Assembly (NCBI GenBank): GCA_028534125.1
Contig: CM052824.1
Coordinates: 60,946,001-61,010,000, forward strand
Direction of reading: 5' to 3'
Source: Lama glama
Taxonomy: Eukaryota
Length of the DNA stretch: 64,000 nucleotides
In this document: positions 12,681 to 26,315 of the stretch, piece after piece
Layout of the letters: each line of letters starts with the position of its first letter
Position numbering within the stretch: position 1 is the first letter of the stretch
Translations under genes and position numbers: made by a program
Notes under the pieces: model-generated
The model's database searches: none
What the model saw: the letters and a program-made list of their open reading frames with translations, nothing else
What the model was told of the DNA's origin: nothing

Positions 12681-13889
12681 GCAGTTAGCACGTGAGCAGG
12701 TCTCCCCTCTTCCTGGTGAGCCCCTGTGTCACCTGGCGGCCAGCGTTGCCCATGGTCTTGAGCTGTGCAGAAGGGCCTGCCCTGCTGATGGGGTGACAGT
12801 GTGGCAGGTGGAGGAGGAGGTTGTTCCGGTTGAAAGTCGTGTTACTGCTTTGACAACAGGTCGTGTTCAGTGAGCGTTTGCTGTGGTTCAGTCGGGTATT
12901 GAAGACTGTGCGTGGGTCCTCACCAGGCCCCGCAGCGTGTGAGGCGGCTGTCGCTCTGTCCACTTTCACACTGAGATCCCAGCCGGAGACGTGCTAGCAA
13001 CTTACTGGAGGCCCCTGGGGATGAGAGTCAGCACTGAGGCCCGCATGTGCACCCTCAGCCGTGGGGCATGCAAAGGCACGTGGGGAGCCCAGGGTGATCG
13101 CCGTCGCATGCGGGGGGTGCATGTGGAGCTGGAGCCTCTCTGCAAGATGGTGGGGGGAGGGGCAAGTGACCAGAGAGCAGGCATCCCCCAGGCTGGGGGG
13201 CTGTGGCCCCTCAAAGGTGTGTGCAGGGTGCCACCCCCAGGCTATGGGGTTGGTTTCTGGTCCTCCCGCCTTCCTGCTGCACCTTCCCTCCAGGTGTGTG
13301 CCCTCCGTTATGTGCGAAGTTTGGCTCTGAGATAATTAAAGTCTCAAACGTGGGACTTCCTGCTTGGCCTCAGCAGGTTTGAAGAGGTTGATGCATTGAA
13401 GTTCCATCATGAAGTATGTACTAGGCTCTGCGCTCCACCCGGGAAGCCAGCACAAGCTCGCAAAGTTGGAGGGAGGGCAGGAGGGAGGGGCAGGGGGGTT
13501 TCACGGCCCATCAACACGAGGGCTCAGGAGAAGGGGTCCCTGGCTGTACCCTGCAGTTCCAGGGGTGAGGGGACTCAGAGCTGCTGTCCAGCACGCACTC
13601 ACCCGCCTCCATCCGGCCCCGAGCGCCCTCTCCCGCACTTTACTGCCCCTGCTGTGACGACGCCCTTGGTCCCCGTGGCCCACCCCTGGCCCGCGAGGGA
13701 ATCGGAGCAGGAGGTGCCGCAGAGGAAGCAAAACGAAGTCTGGGAAAACCTCCTCGTCTCCTCACTTTCTGCTTTGGGGAAACGGGCGTCAGTTCTCTGC
13801 AGAGAGAGCCTGGTTCCTGCTCTTCTTAGAGACACGGTGAAGTGGCTTGGCCCCTGCGTGAATGTCTGCTGTGTGAGGGAGGAGACGGG

Positions 13890-14172
13890 CGGGCAGTGCC
13901 AGCCGGGCCGCCACCGTGACCGGGGCACTTGAAATGAGGCTCGCCCAGGTGGATCACAAAATACACCCTGGATTTGAAAACTTCAGTAAGACAAATGAAC
14001 GTGAAATGTTTCATCTATAATTGTTTTTAATTGATTACATGTTGAAATAACACTTTTCATATATTGGGTTAAATAAATATATTATTAAAATTAATGATAA
14101 CCTTTTTTTAATATGGCTGATGGAACATTAAAACTCCCTGCGTGGCTCACATTGTATTCATATTGGACGACA
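13890..14172 (-). mobile_element. MER33-like hAT-Charlie MITE
   Basis: gcacttgaaatg..aaaatacacc..ttgattacatgttgaaat..atatattgggttaaataaaatatattattaaaattaat..tggctcacatt..tattggac. Confidence 0.8.
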
Positions 14173-14814
14173 TCTGCTTAGAGAGCTCGGCTGCTTGGAG
14201 GAGACACGTGGGCACTCAGGTGTGCAGGCACTGGGCCCCTGAGCCCGGAGCAGGTCACACCCGGAAACTAACACCTAAGTAGCAGGCTCACCAGAACCAG
14301 CGGCCTCCAGTGGGAAGCAGTTTTAAGATGCTGTGTCTCGAAGCAGAGACGCTAAGACCTCTTGCCCCTAGTGGGGCACCTGCAGCGGGAAGGAAAAAGC
14401 CCTCCACGGGCTAGGTCAGTGTTAACGCCCACTGCGTCACTGTCAGAGCGCTTGTCCTGGTGGGGGGATGTGTGGGAGCAGGCATTTAGGAGGTGGTCCT
14501 TTGACCGTTACCAGCCAGTGACCGATTGCTTAGGTGGAGGGGGCCTAGGTCAGAGTCATGGTCTTGCTCTTTGTGACTGAACCTCAGGTAGGTTGTGACT
14601 CCGTGTCCTCCTGCTGACCACGTGGACAGGTGGGTGGACCTCCTCCTCAGATGGGTGGACACACGGCGTCACACAGCAGGGGACCCCGAGTCAGCTGCGA
14701 CCTGGGAGTACTGGGGAGTCACCTCTCCTGTCGTTCTGAGGCCGTCAGGAGGCCACGTGGTGAAGCCCAGAGCCTTTCCGAACCAGATCCTGAGGGCCAC
14801 GCTTGTCTGTCACT

Positions 14815-14900
14815 CTTTTAGACTCTGGCTTCTGAGGACAGGGACCACGGCGTCTTCTGTCTATGGCAGATGCTCAGTAAACAGGTATGAGTGAAGTGAA
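14815..14900 (+). mobile_element. L2 3' tail fragment
   Basis: ctgaggacagggacc..gcagatgctcagtaaaca..tgagtgaagtgaa. Confidence 0.5.
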
Positions 14901-17900
14901 AAAGGAGTTTGTAGAGTAAAACCAAGAGCACTGCTGATAAAAAAGAAATGAGAATTACAGAGTTGCTGGACTCAGCCCGGGCTGCGAGTCTGGTCAGGCT
15001 GCTCTTTCCTGCTGCAGAACCGCTCAGTAAGGGTGTCGGGTGTCGAGGAATCAGCTGTCCTTTGAAAACGAAGACCCAGTCAGAGAAAGTTAATGTATAT
15101 TGATCCGTACACGCCGGCTTCTATTTTCTGTAACTTTTAGGGGAGATGCGGGCTGCAGGCCATCGCGTTTACAGTCAGTTTTGGGAGGAGCAGCCCAGGA
15201 CGGCCTGCTCACTGGGCGGTGGGGCGTCGGGTAGGGCGTCATCTCCCCGTTTATGCGTCCTGCACATGTGGATTTCTGCTCCCATGGCCCGCTTTTCAAG
15301 TCCTGGACAGACCTCGGCCGTTGCCTGCGGATGGGAAGGAGGAGGGACTTGGCTTAGAAGGAAGCGCAGGCAGCCCTGCACACACAGCCCTGCAGGGCCA
15401 CGAGGATCAGGGTGCCTCGTGCTGCGGGAAGGGGGCTGGTGGAAGGTGCGGGTGGGTTGACCAGGAGGAGGAGAGCCCGAAATGAGCATCCCTGTAAGCT
15501 CCAGGCGCACACGAGCCTCGTACGCTTCCTGGGGCTCGTAGGTCGGAGGCTGCTTGAGGGCCTGTGGTAGCAGCCGGCAGCATGCGGTCAGGGAGACCCT
15601 CCAAGCCCCCCCACCCCCTGCGGCCCTGCCTGGCTGTCAGCACCAGGGGCTGAGAGGCCTCCAGGGGTCTCCTCCTCCTCCTCCATCTGGTGCTTTGTTA
15701 GCTAGAAGTGTGAGGTGAACTGAGTTTCAAATTTCCTTGTAGTTCGAGAATTTTTCTTAACAGGCACAAAACAGTATTTATATTATGGCTTAAATAAAAT
15801 AAGTCTGAGTTCTAAGTTACTTGGTGCAGTACCAGGATATTTGGAACTATTACAAGCTTTCAGTAGCATATACTTCTCGATCAGATTTACTTTAATGTGT
15901 TCTGAAATGTAAATTCTGCGGTGATTTCCAGGTGTGACGCTGCATAGCAGCTGTCTGTAGCTTGCGTGTGAAGGTAAGACTGAACGGTGCCTCTGAGCTC
16001 CGGGTCTGAGCCGGTAACTGCAGAACCTGCAGCTACGATGTGGCTGCCCGCTTGGTCAGGCCATCTTGCGTGGGGAGGGTGGAGGTGTCTCGCAGACAGG
16101 GTTTCTTTTACTTTGTGTGTCGTAAGACAGGCTGAGTGCTCTGCAGTCTGTCCGTGGAGCTGGAGCACTTTCCTGCTGTTCCCAGGTACGGGGTTTCTTT
16201 TCTTAGACAGGAACTCCCTGTGGGCACGTGTGGCCCTGTTGTGACTCTTCTGGTCCTTGAGGACTGGCGTGGGTCTTGCGGAATCAGGGAGGCACGTGCT
16301 GGTGTGGTGTGGGGGCCATTCACAGGGCAGCGGATAGGCTGGCGATCTGGTACTACGTAGGGGGCTGTCCCGCGGCCAGGATGTCTGGGTTTCCTAAAAG
16401 GACACCTCAGGTTCCCAGAAATTCAGTTTGAGTGTAAGTGGCATTTGGCTATCAGTGACTTTATGAATTATCTGTGTTGGTTTTGTTGTGATTTGAGAAG
16501 TGCAAGAAACGTTGTGTCCGAAAGGTAGTAAAGTGAAGTGAGACTCTTCTCTTAGCCGGGGCCTTGTGGTGGCCAGTAAGTAAATTTACTTTTATGCATA
16601 GATCGTGTTGTCTCTTCTTTCTCTGCTTATGGAACCGATACATGATTATCGTCTGAATTTGCTTCAGGGGAGGATGATTAATTGTTTTACGTTGTTCTGA
16701 TGCTTCAGGAGACATGCTCACGTTGGGGGTTAAACAGTAAACTGAGGAGATAATGCCGCACGGTGCACAAATGAAGAATGTGAAAAGCCTCTTGTATGTG
16801 CGTTATCTAGTCGTGAGCCGCTGAGCTGAGAGGCTGTGAGTTTTCTTTTAAAATTGGCCTCAGAAAGTCGAGAAATAGGAAAATCTCATGAGATATCTTA
16901 GATGTTGGGGGCAGAGTGTGTAAATCACTGCATCCTAAGAAAATGCAACACACGCGGCAGTTTTCAAAGCATGTGTAAACATTTGCTGGATCCTTTAGTC
17001 TAGAGCCAGATGAGAGTTTAGTACGTAATTAGCTTTCCTGTCTTAGTCTCCATTACCGTCTGGTCGCTCATATGAAAACTTGTCATGGTTTGCTTTGTAT
17101 TTCATTGAGTATTCTGCCTGCTGCTTCTTAGAAGCCAGTGTGATGTTTCACCAAAACTTAATTTTTATCACTTTTGAAACATGGATCTATGAGCCTCCAA
17201 AGTTAACCATTCAGTTGATGAGACAAATCTGGGGATTCCTGGGATTGACTCTCACAAGCAGCCAGCTGAAGTGACAGGGTCTCTACGTCAGACACACACC
17301 ATCTGCTCGGGGGACACCTGTGTTCCCGTATTTTTAAACCAAGAGATATATAACAGATTTTATACACGCTAGTCGTGTTGTCAAACAATACCAAGAAATA
17401 ATGACCTTTTAAAAGATTTATTAAGAGAATGTTCAAACATAGATTAAAAGCAGAATTTTATGTGATCATCCAGCTCCAGCATTTGCAGAATTCTGCTGGT
17501 TTTGTTTAATCTCCTTCCTTCCTATCAGAGTCCCCAAATCATTCACCTCTCTCATGAGCAAGAAGCATTTCTGACAGTTTAAGGCTCTAGTCTCCTCGTG
17601 ACACCAGACGAAAGAATAGCAGCTCCTTCATGTCATCAGATACCCAGACCATACTCAGACCTTCCTGATTTTCTCTGAGAAGTCTACATTTGGATTTTGA
17701 ATCAAAATCCACCGTTTCTTAACATTAAAAAAAAATAGTGGAAAATTGAAGTACATTAGAAGTTGTAAGGAACTCCATCACCAATCTGAAGCAGTTTCAG
17801 CTCCTGTCAGTCTGGCTTTTTATATGCCCTCACCCCTTTCCCTCCTTGTTGTTTTAAAGTGAGTTTCAGACAGTCATTTTATTCTTTAATATGTCAGCAT

Positions 17901-18326
17901 CCATCTGAATGACAGGGACGACTGGGTGAGCCATGTGGATGGACTGTCCACTGTCCAGGCTTCTGCAGTGACACCCATTACCCACCGGGGACGCCCCAGG
18001 TGCTCCCAGCACCGTCCACACAGTCTGTGTCCTGGAAGAAGGGCGGGGCTGCCTTCTGTTGCCCCTTGGAGTTGCAGTGTCTTAACTTTGGAGGTTAACT
18101 TGGATTTGGGAGTGAAAGAAAAAATAGAAAAAGGTGACGAAATTGATTTAAACTCCTCATGCAAACTTCCCCTCTCTCAAAATGCTGCTTCGTCTTGGAG
18201 GTGAGGTGTGGTACTGGTGTGGACAAGCAGGTAGGGGCCTTCTGCCACACGAGGCACTGGATGCTCAGTGGGGCTGGTTTTTACGTGGAAAGTTCAGCAC
18301 CGCGTGGGAGCCTGGGGCCAGGGGCC

Positions 18327-18396
18327 GTGTGTGTGTGTGTCTGTGTCTCTCTGTGTGTGTGTGTTTCGGTGTCTGTGTGTGTCTGTGTCTGTCTGT
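18327..18396. repeat. Imperfect (TG)n/(TC)n microsatellite
   Basis: gtgtgtgtgtgtgtctgtgtctctctgtgtgtgtgtgt... Confidence 0.9.
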
Positions 18397-20154
18397 GGGG
18401 AGGGGGTGCTCCACTGAAGGTGCACTTTGTACTCCAGTCACTGAGCGGCTTAGGGAGCCCTTTCCAGTTGTCTGGTTCATTTGCATCTCGGCCTGTGGTG
18501 TGGGCAGTACCATTCCCATTGTGCAGTAAGTTGGTGGAAGTCGGATTCCTTGTGTGTGGCAGAACCAGAACTTGAAATCACTACATTTTGATACAGTCAC
18601 TCCATTTTGTCGTGAACGAATTTCCGCCTGGGTGTCCCTGTCAGTGACTGTGTGAATACTGGCGCGCTGAGGCAGGGGCCTTGGTTAGAGGGACGTGTCC
18701 TCTGTTGGTCATGAAGTGATGGCTAGTACCGCAGGTGTGAAATACCTAAGTAAAAAGTTACGTCAACACCTTGACTCACAAATATGCGCAGGAACAGGTC
18801 ACCTTACATACTTGCTTTTAAGTTCCTTAAATTTCTGAGACGTATTTCCGAAACAGAAGTTCAAGTGAAAGCTGTGGCAGATGTGGGTCATGCCGGACGA
18901 CGTGAGCCCCTCGGCGCCCCGTCTTAGTGGATTAGGCGGTCCGGGCGCTGAGTCAGCGTGGCCGTGGCTTAGCCAAGGCTTTGGCACTGGGGGAGAGGAG
19001 GGAACCCGGCCACGTAAACCTGATGGTGGGGCTTGCAGGGGCTCTGGGGACTAAGAGTGGTGAAGAGAAAGGCAGAAGCGACTTCATGTAAGTAAGACTT
19101 CTAAAATGTGCCTTTATTTTTATTATCAAAGGGGCATATATGCTGCATTTCCAGTGTTTGGAAAATGAAAAGAAAAATATGACCAACAATTCTAACAAAA
19201 ATGCTGTTAGTCTTATTAAGTGTCTTTTTTTTTAACTCGGTATTTTTGTTGCTGTTCTTCTAAAATAGCCAAAATAATTACACACAAATTTGTTTTTCAT
19301 TTAACACATGATGACCATTTTTTCCAGATTTTTTCCTATCTTCATTATTGTTCTTAGTGCTATTTAATAGTTCATCCAGTAAAAAGGTAATATTAGCTAG
19401 CTTTAAAAAGAAAACACTGAAAAATGTGGAGGAAAAATTGTGAATGCTGCTTCTCAGGGCCCAGATAACCTGTTAACTTTTTTGCAAAAAGGAAAAAATA
19501 CATATATAAGACAATGTGAAAAATGAAAGCTGCCCCACTATTCCTCCAAAATTTCTCCAGAAATAACCGTTAACATTTTTCTGGTGTATAGAAAAAGGCT
19601 TGCTTACCTTAGTGTGAATGTTTGTCCTCATACGCACGGAGGGAAGAGCGGCATCACTTACACGGTGTCTGTGCCTCGTGTGTCTCAGTCACTGTGTCTT
19701 CACGGATGAGTGTCGGAAGGGACCTCTAGTTTGTGGGGATTGGAAAGTTTTGCCTCCCGTCAGTTCAGCTCTGTGTTTGAGCAGGCCTGCTCCTTGCTGT
19801 CTGTGGGGTGCCGACTTCTCTTTGGGGAGCATTGGCTGCGTGGCCTTCTTTGAGAGTGGTGTCATGCGGTCCCTCCAGACTCCTCTAGAGGCCAGTCCAG
19901 GGTCCCTGAGCTCAGGTGAAGGAGGTGGTCCTTCCGTGGATGTGGGTGCACCACATCGAGGTGGTCCTGGACGGTGCCGCTTGAGAGTAAGCCCCTGTGC
20001 CCACCAGGCACCAGAGAGGCAGGCACTCTGGAGAGCCCCGTGGCCTTTCATCAGCGAGAATCCGTCTACAGACAGCTTCTTTTCCAGGTTAGACTTTAGA
20101 AAATACACCTTTGACGTGAGGAATAAAGAAGGTCATTTTTTTTTTTAAATTTCA

Positions 20155-20258
20155 GGGTGAGGTGGGAATAGCTCAGTGGTAGATCACGGGCTTAGCAAGC
20201 ATGGGGTCCTGGATTCAGTCCCCAGCACCTCCACTGAAAACACATACAACAAAACGAA
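20155..20258 (+). mobile_element. tRNA-derived camelid-type SINE
   Basis: ATAGCTCAGTGGTAGA..CTTAGCAAGCATGGGGTCCTGGATTCAGTCCCCAGCACCTCC followed by an A-rich tail. Confidence 0.85.
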
Positions 20259-22409
20259 ATTCTAAATGCCAAGTTGTTGTAGAGATCAGATAGGCTCTTT
20301 CAGGACCTTCATTTTTGTTGGTGGTAGAGTATGAATACCCTTTTTCTTAAAAACTGACAAGCAAGGATTCTGAGCCCCTAGTTGGGACTCAGGCGTGGAC
20401 ACTGAGCACAGGGGACTGTGGGCAGAAGGCAGGGGGACTGTTTGTGCTGCTCAGTGACGGCGGAGAAGTGGGTCTGGTGCTGCTCTCTGTGCTTGTGATG
20501 GAGGTCAAAGCGGCAGGTGTCAGGATGGCTTCTGAAACTTGTGATGTAACTGAGTTGGAGCTTCTCATCTTCAGGGTACTTAGGTTTTCAGTAAACTAAT
20601 TTCTCTAGTTTGAAACAGGATGCCTGGTGATTACACTTATATATTCTTTTATAATATGTAAACAAGAACATCTAATTAAAAGAAATACTTGAAGATCTCT
20701 GGAGCTATCCCACCTCACACTGGAGTCTGGGTCTTTATCTAAAGACCCTGTAGCATCTCAGAAAGCACTTCCTGCTTACCTGGATCCTAGGAGTTTGTTG
20801 GTTTTGCCCTTGCTTTCAAAACTGGTTTGGCTTTTAAGCTGAGCCTGAGTGTCTGCTGAGTAAAACTAACGGTGTGAGTCAGTGTAACTCAGTGTGGCCC
20901 AGCACCTCCCGACGACGACATCAGCTGTTACTTTCCTTCATGTTGGTTTCGGGAGAACTGAGTGAAGTCGCTTCTTAACGGACAGAAACGCGGGACAGGC
21001 AGTGTGACTGGGCCAGAACCGCCCCGCATGAGCGGTCAGGGAGCGCGTCCTCACAGCCCTCTGTCTGCTGCAGAGTGATTCGTGTTCTCCCGGTGGTGTT
21101 GTCATCTCACACGTTAATAGTCACCAGCTGCAGTCCTAGGAGTCAATATGTGGAAAAGGTGACTGACCACACAGGATAGAAGTTCTGTGGTGTGGCCTCT
21201 CCCACATCTAACTTCGCCGAGGCCCAGGGATTCTGCATTAGCGAGGCTTCCCCCTGTTTCCGACACCCACTTAAAGAAATGCCTTTAGAAACAGCTGTTT
21301 GGATCAGAAATATTTCTGAAACGGTATCACTGTGATTGCCTTCCTGAATGCCGTAGTGGCAGACCTGTGTGCCCGAGGTGTGTTTCAGTCTCAAAAAAAT
21401 AAACAACTACTGTTAACTAAATATCTGGCATATATTATACTAACCCTGTGACTTCTACACAAAGTCAGTGATGGAAAAATCTCCCTCTGTATTTGCTTAG
21501 GAAAGGAGGCCCTTGCATGCGCTGCGCTTGCATGTGGGAGCTAATTGTGTTCTTAAGTGATTACAAGATGTTGGTAATTATATCTTCAGCTTCGTGATCC
21601 GTCGGCCATATTTATGACCGACTTAACAGCCGACTTGGTCGGAGATGCAGCCCCTAGTTAGGACATTCCACTGGGAAGATGAGTCTCTGGTTTAACAGGA
21701 CCGTTTTGTTTTGACTCTAACTTCAGCTCTGTCTGATGGGTGTGGGCAGGGCCGGGAGTGGGGCAGGGCTGCTGTGCTCTGCCTGTGGCTGGGCCTATGA
21801 GGACCGGCGGTGGTTCTGAGTCTTCTTGGGTCCCAGGGCCCATTTCGGTGGGAGAGCATGTTGTCCCTGAGTCAGAGGCCTGCTGGACACCACACTGAGC
21901 CCTTCTGGAATCGCTGAGTGGACATTCTGACATCATCTGGGCAGTTGTGGGTTCGGGATCATTGATGTGGTTTTGTGGTTTTGAGGTGCTGGTGATGTGG
22001 CTTCTGGGTTGCCGCTGTACCCCGTTTCCTAAACTCACTCACTGGCCCTGGCTTGTACATGTCAGTCTTTGGTTCCTGAGTTTACAGCGGGACCCAGAGC
22101 TGTCCCACAGTTTTCCTCTCTCAGCCCACCGCTGTCTTTTGAGTAGTCTGTTAGATGTCGTCGTTACACAAAGCTAGTGTGTGATCGTACTGAGATTTTG
22201 TTAACCGGCCCTTGGTCGGTTATACGTTCCAGTGAATACTGACGAAAAGGGCTCTGATTTGTAGTGAAACCGTAGCCCTCACAACTTCAGCTTCCTTTTC
22301 TCACCTGCTTCATTACATTTCTCAGTTACTGATTATTAATTTTTTCATCCTGTGTTTCTTTCAGATCTCAGATCCTTTGAGGTGGCATCAGGAGCACTGA
22401 GAGCAGAAG

Positions 22410-22466
22410 ATGAGTGAACTTGACCAGTTGCGGCAGGAGGCCGAGCAGCTTAAAAACCAAATCAGA
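22410..22466 (+). CDS. GNB1: G-protein beta-1, first coding exon (exon 3 spans 22365-22466): MSELDQLRQEAEQLKNQIR
   Basis: Acceptor tttctttcag|ATCTC at 22365, ATG at 22410 (aagATGa), donor AGA|gtacgt. Confidence 0.98.
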
Positions 22467-25400
22467 GTACGTAGCCCCCGTGTGTGTGGTCTTACAGTCG
22501 TTTGGATTTCGGGTGCTGCGTTACCAGCTGTGGGGAAGACGGGTTACAGCACAGCTGTTCCCAGGGTCTGGGGTTGAAGCTGGACCCTGTCTGGCCCAGG
22601 GTGTGCCAGCTGCAGGTCTAGGTGTCTGGCCTGGCACATTCCTGTCAGGGTTTTGTTTTCTAGTGCATCTGTGTTTGAATATACATAAAATGTTTGCGTA
22701 GAATTTATAGAGGTGCTTCTGTTCCTTTTTTCTTAACCTTGGGAATTAGCTTTATGACATTCTGTTGGTCGCTGTGTAGCGTATGGTCCCTGCCTCCCCC
22801 ACCATGACTGTTAAGTTGAGGGCAGGAAACTTGTTTAAAGATCAGAGCGTTAACAACAACAATAAAAGGAATTTTTAGTGTGCCTGATTCGTTCTTAATT
22901 TTGAAAAGAGATGTTTCCTAGGGTGGTTACGACTGTCAGAGCTGCTAGGCGGAGCACACACATCTGACTGAGGATGAGCACAGCCGTGCGTCCTGCAGGG
23001 AGACGGCGCGCGTCTTCCGTCCTGGTCTCGGGCTGAGTCCACCTGGTGCCTCGCGGGGCCCGGGGACTGTTGGAGAGGGCTGCGCGGCGGTCTGGGAGTC
23101 CTCCCTCCGCTGCTCCAGCTTCGTGGGGCGGTGCCTCCAATGACTGTTCTCTGCAGAAGCATTTAATACAAGCAGATGTTTCTGCTCTCATGCTGTTGAT
23201 ATGAAGAGTGAGAGAAGGAGGTGGGCTTGTCAGAAAAAATATCCTCAGTATGTTTAGATTTGTGTCCGTTGGGTGAAGGAGCTTTCTCTCTGAGGGTTTT
23301 GTTTCTGGCTGTAAGGCTTAGCCGTCCTCCAGAGCCTTACTTTTCAATACGTGTCTAAACAAGAGTTTGTTTTTCTGAGCTCACTGTAAGCGTGGAGCCT
23401 GATCATTTCCTTTTAGAGGACCTGTTACATGTTGAGAAAGCTCAGTGGTAATTGGAGAGAAAGAAAGATCAGCATCATTTTAGCCAAGTTTTTCTGGAAC
23501 TTGAGAAAAGATAATGGAGTCATCTGAGATCTGTAGGAAACAGAAAACACCCCTTTACTGTAGGACTTTCAAATCTTGACATTTAAGATATGATATAGCT
23601 CAGTAAAAACAAGGAAGACTATTTTTAATGGTTTGCTCTGATCAGATTTGTTTTATACGTCCAGCCACACTCCAGAATATAGATGTCAGAATTTTGCTTT
23701 TCTGACAACAATAAATTGTTGTTTATAAGTTGTCCATAAATAGTGGGTTCAGATCTGTTCATAGCAAATGAGGAAAGTCTGTATGGCAGAGGTTAAAAAA
23801 AGCCAAATTTGGGGGGGAAAGGCTGAAAATCAGTGTTGCTTCTCTCCGTTTTTTAGACCCGTTTCTTTTAAAGCTCCAGCCGGCGTCCTAGGGGCAAGGC
23901 TGTCATGTGAACCGCATTTGGAACTTAAAATGTACAAAGAAACAGGTAGAAACAATTTTTAAGAACCAAGATATCCTAAGGTTCACCATGTCAGTGGATA
24001 ATTAAGAAATACGTGTATTATTTTCCCCTCCTTGTTACTGAGTCTTGGCAGCGCGGGGTCCTGCCTGTGCCCGCACACCTCCGCCCACACGCGCTGCGTC
24101 TCGCGTGGCCTGGCCCGCCCAACGGGCCCTCCCGAGCAGGGCAGCCAGGCCGCCTCGTGCACCACGCGCACCACGCGCACAGGGCCCCAGGCTGTTTGAG
24201 TCCGTTGCACTTTGGGTGTCGGGACGGGAAGCCTTTCCTTAAAGAAGGGCAAAGCGTCCTTCTTTGCTGACTGCCCAGGGGTGCATGCTTGTTACAGAGC
24301 GCAGGGCGCAGGAGGTCAGACGAGCGGTGGTAGGTGGCTCTGAGGGGCTGCCCGCTGTTAACTGGTTTTCAAGCTGAGAGACCCCAGAGGACCGTCTCAC
24401 CCTACTTCTGATTGTTCGTGAGGAAGCATGGGCTCTCGAAGGGATGCCGATTGAACACAGCGTATCCTGAGCACACGGGCTACTGGTGGGTGAGGGGAGA
24501 CGCCACGAACGCGACGGCGCAGCCCCCACAGGTGGTCAGGATGAGCCCTGCGACCCAGCAGAGCCGGGGTGCTAGAGGCCTGCACACGTGTGTGCAATAC
24601 TGCTGCCAGCGTGGCCCGCGTGGGATGAGGCCTCGCTGTGCTGCCCTATGTTGGACGGGCATCCAGACAGGACATGAGCTGGCTGATGACTGGCCTGGAG
24701 GTGGTCCTCTGGTTAAAGGAAGAAAGGGGACCTGCTGTGCTCAGTGACCTCCCCTAGCACGGACAGCGCAGAAGCCCCAGACCAGTCCCGCCCTGTTAGC
24801 GCCCCAGCAGGCCGCTCTGTGGGTTCACCCGAGAGGCGCTGAAGGTCAGTCTCCACTGAGCCACACAGAGGCTGTCTCCTTGGAAGCCCCCCCCGCAGGG
24901 CTGGGAGGGGAGCCGCCGCCTCGGAGGTGGCGCTGACCTCCCTTCCGCAGGTGCTCGCTGGCTGAAGCGGAGCCAGTTGGAGTTCCTGTGTTTAGGTTTG
25001 AAGGTGTTCTCTCCCTGTTATCTGTTGTCTCTGCGGGCGTTGTGAAACCCATTCTGATCTCTGGGCACGAATGGGGTGAGGCTGCTTCAGAGTCGTGGTT
25101 TAGTTTTTCCGTTTAAATTTTTCCCGTTCCTCTTTTTTAAAATTAGAAGCCGTGTATAGTGTCAGGAAGAATGGTATTCGGAAACAAGTACTGAGTCCAC
25201 ACTGAACTTACGAGTCACTGGTGGAGGGCCTGCTACTCTGGGTCTCCCCCCACTTGCTCTTGACCCCAATTTAGGTGCTGGCATAGAAGTACTTGGTTAT
25301 GTAATTCTTTGTTCTTTAATTGCGTGATTAACTAAGCACAGTGACTTCTAATAGGATAATTAAAGTTGAGTTTGGAATCTGGTATTTGGTGCATTATAAT

Positions 25401-26276
25401 AGCAATGTTACATTTGAATGTTCTTCCACATCTGGGTTGGCAGACGTTCCCACCATCTTCATGAAGTAAGAGTAACAAGCAGTGAGGCCGCCTGGGTCTG
25501 GACCTCGAGGGCCGCGTGGGGCGCCTCGCGCCCGAGCGCCCCGGGGGCCTGCGGGGTGCCCAGAGACCGACCACGTGGCGGAAACACTTTTCTTACTAGA
25601 AATTGTCGTGATTGCCTTTAAAATTACTTCTCCACTCAAATTTTGACCCTTTTAAAGCTGTTGTCTCATCTTCCTTCATCATATATGGCTTTCTACTTGC
25701 TTTGACGTATTTACGCTAATTTGAGATGTGTAACTTCGATCACTTAAGAGCAGTGAGAACGTCTTCTTCAGCTTTCAGGTCGCTTCACGAGGTCACTCTA
25801 CAGATAAGAAGACAGACAGCAAGATGCGCAGCCGGGAAGTCTTCCCTGCGCGCGGTGTCCTGTCTCCGGTCCTTTGCTCTCTTGCTTGGAGGTCTGCCCT
25901 AGTGGTTGGCTTGGAGCAAGTCCTTGTTAACATGCTCTAGGAGGAAAGTTCTCTGGGGCGGCCGTTGAGTGCTTTCCGGACGTTTTTCCTGTGGGCCCCA
26001 CAGCTCCTGGCTGTTGGGCAGAGCAAGACCCGTGTGCAGGTCTGGGTGGGGAGGCGGCACTGGCTCTGGGCTCACGGGGGCGCTGTGCTGGGCAGACGGG
26101 CGGTCTGTAGGCCGGGAGCGTACCTGGGTGTTGCTGGTTCTCTGCAGTGTTCTCTGGGGGTCAGAGCGGGGAGGAGCCGGCCACCCTCTGCCTTTGCTTC
26201 CGACGCCCGGCAGAGGGTGCGGACCAGGTGCCTGTTTCTGAGACGTGACTGACCTGCCCTGTCTCTCCTCTCCTAG

Positions 26277-26315
26277 GACGCCAGGAAAGCATGTGCAGAT
26301 GCAACTCTCTCCCAG
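26277..26315 (+). CDS. GNB1: GNB1 exon 4: DARKACADATLSQ
   Basis: ctctcctag|GAC ... CAG|gtaaga; 39 nt. Confidence 0.98.

Noticed and set aside
22202-22222. Small hairpin TAACCGGCC-CTT-GGTCGGTTA
   Set aside because: A 9-bp stem with a wobble pair is expected by chance in 64 kb
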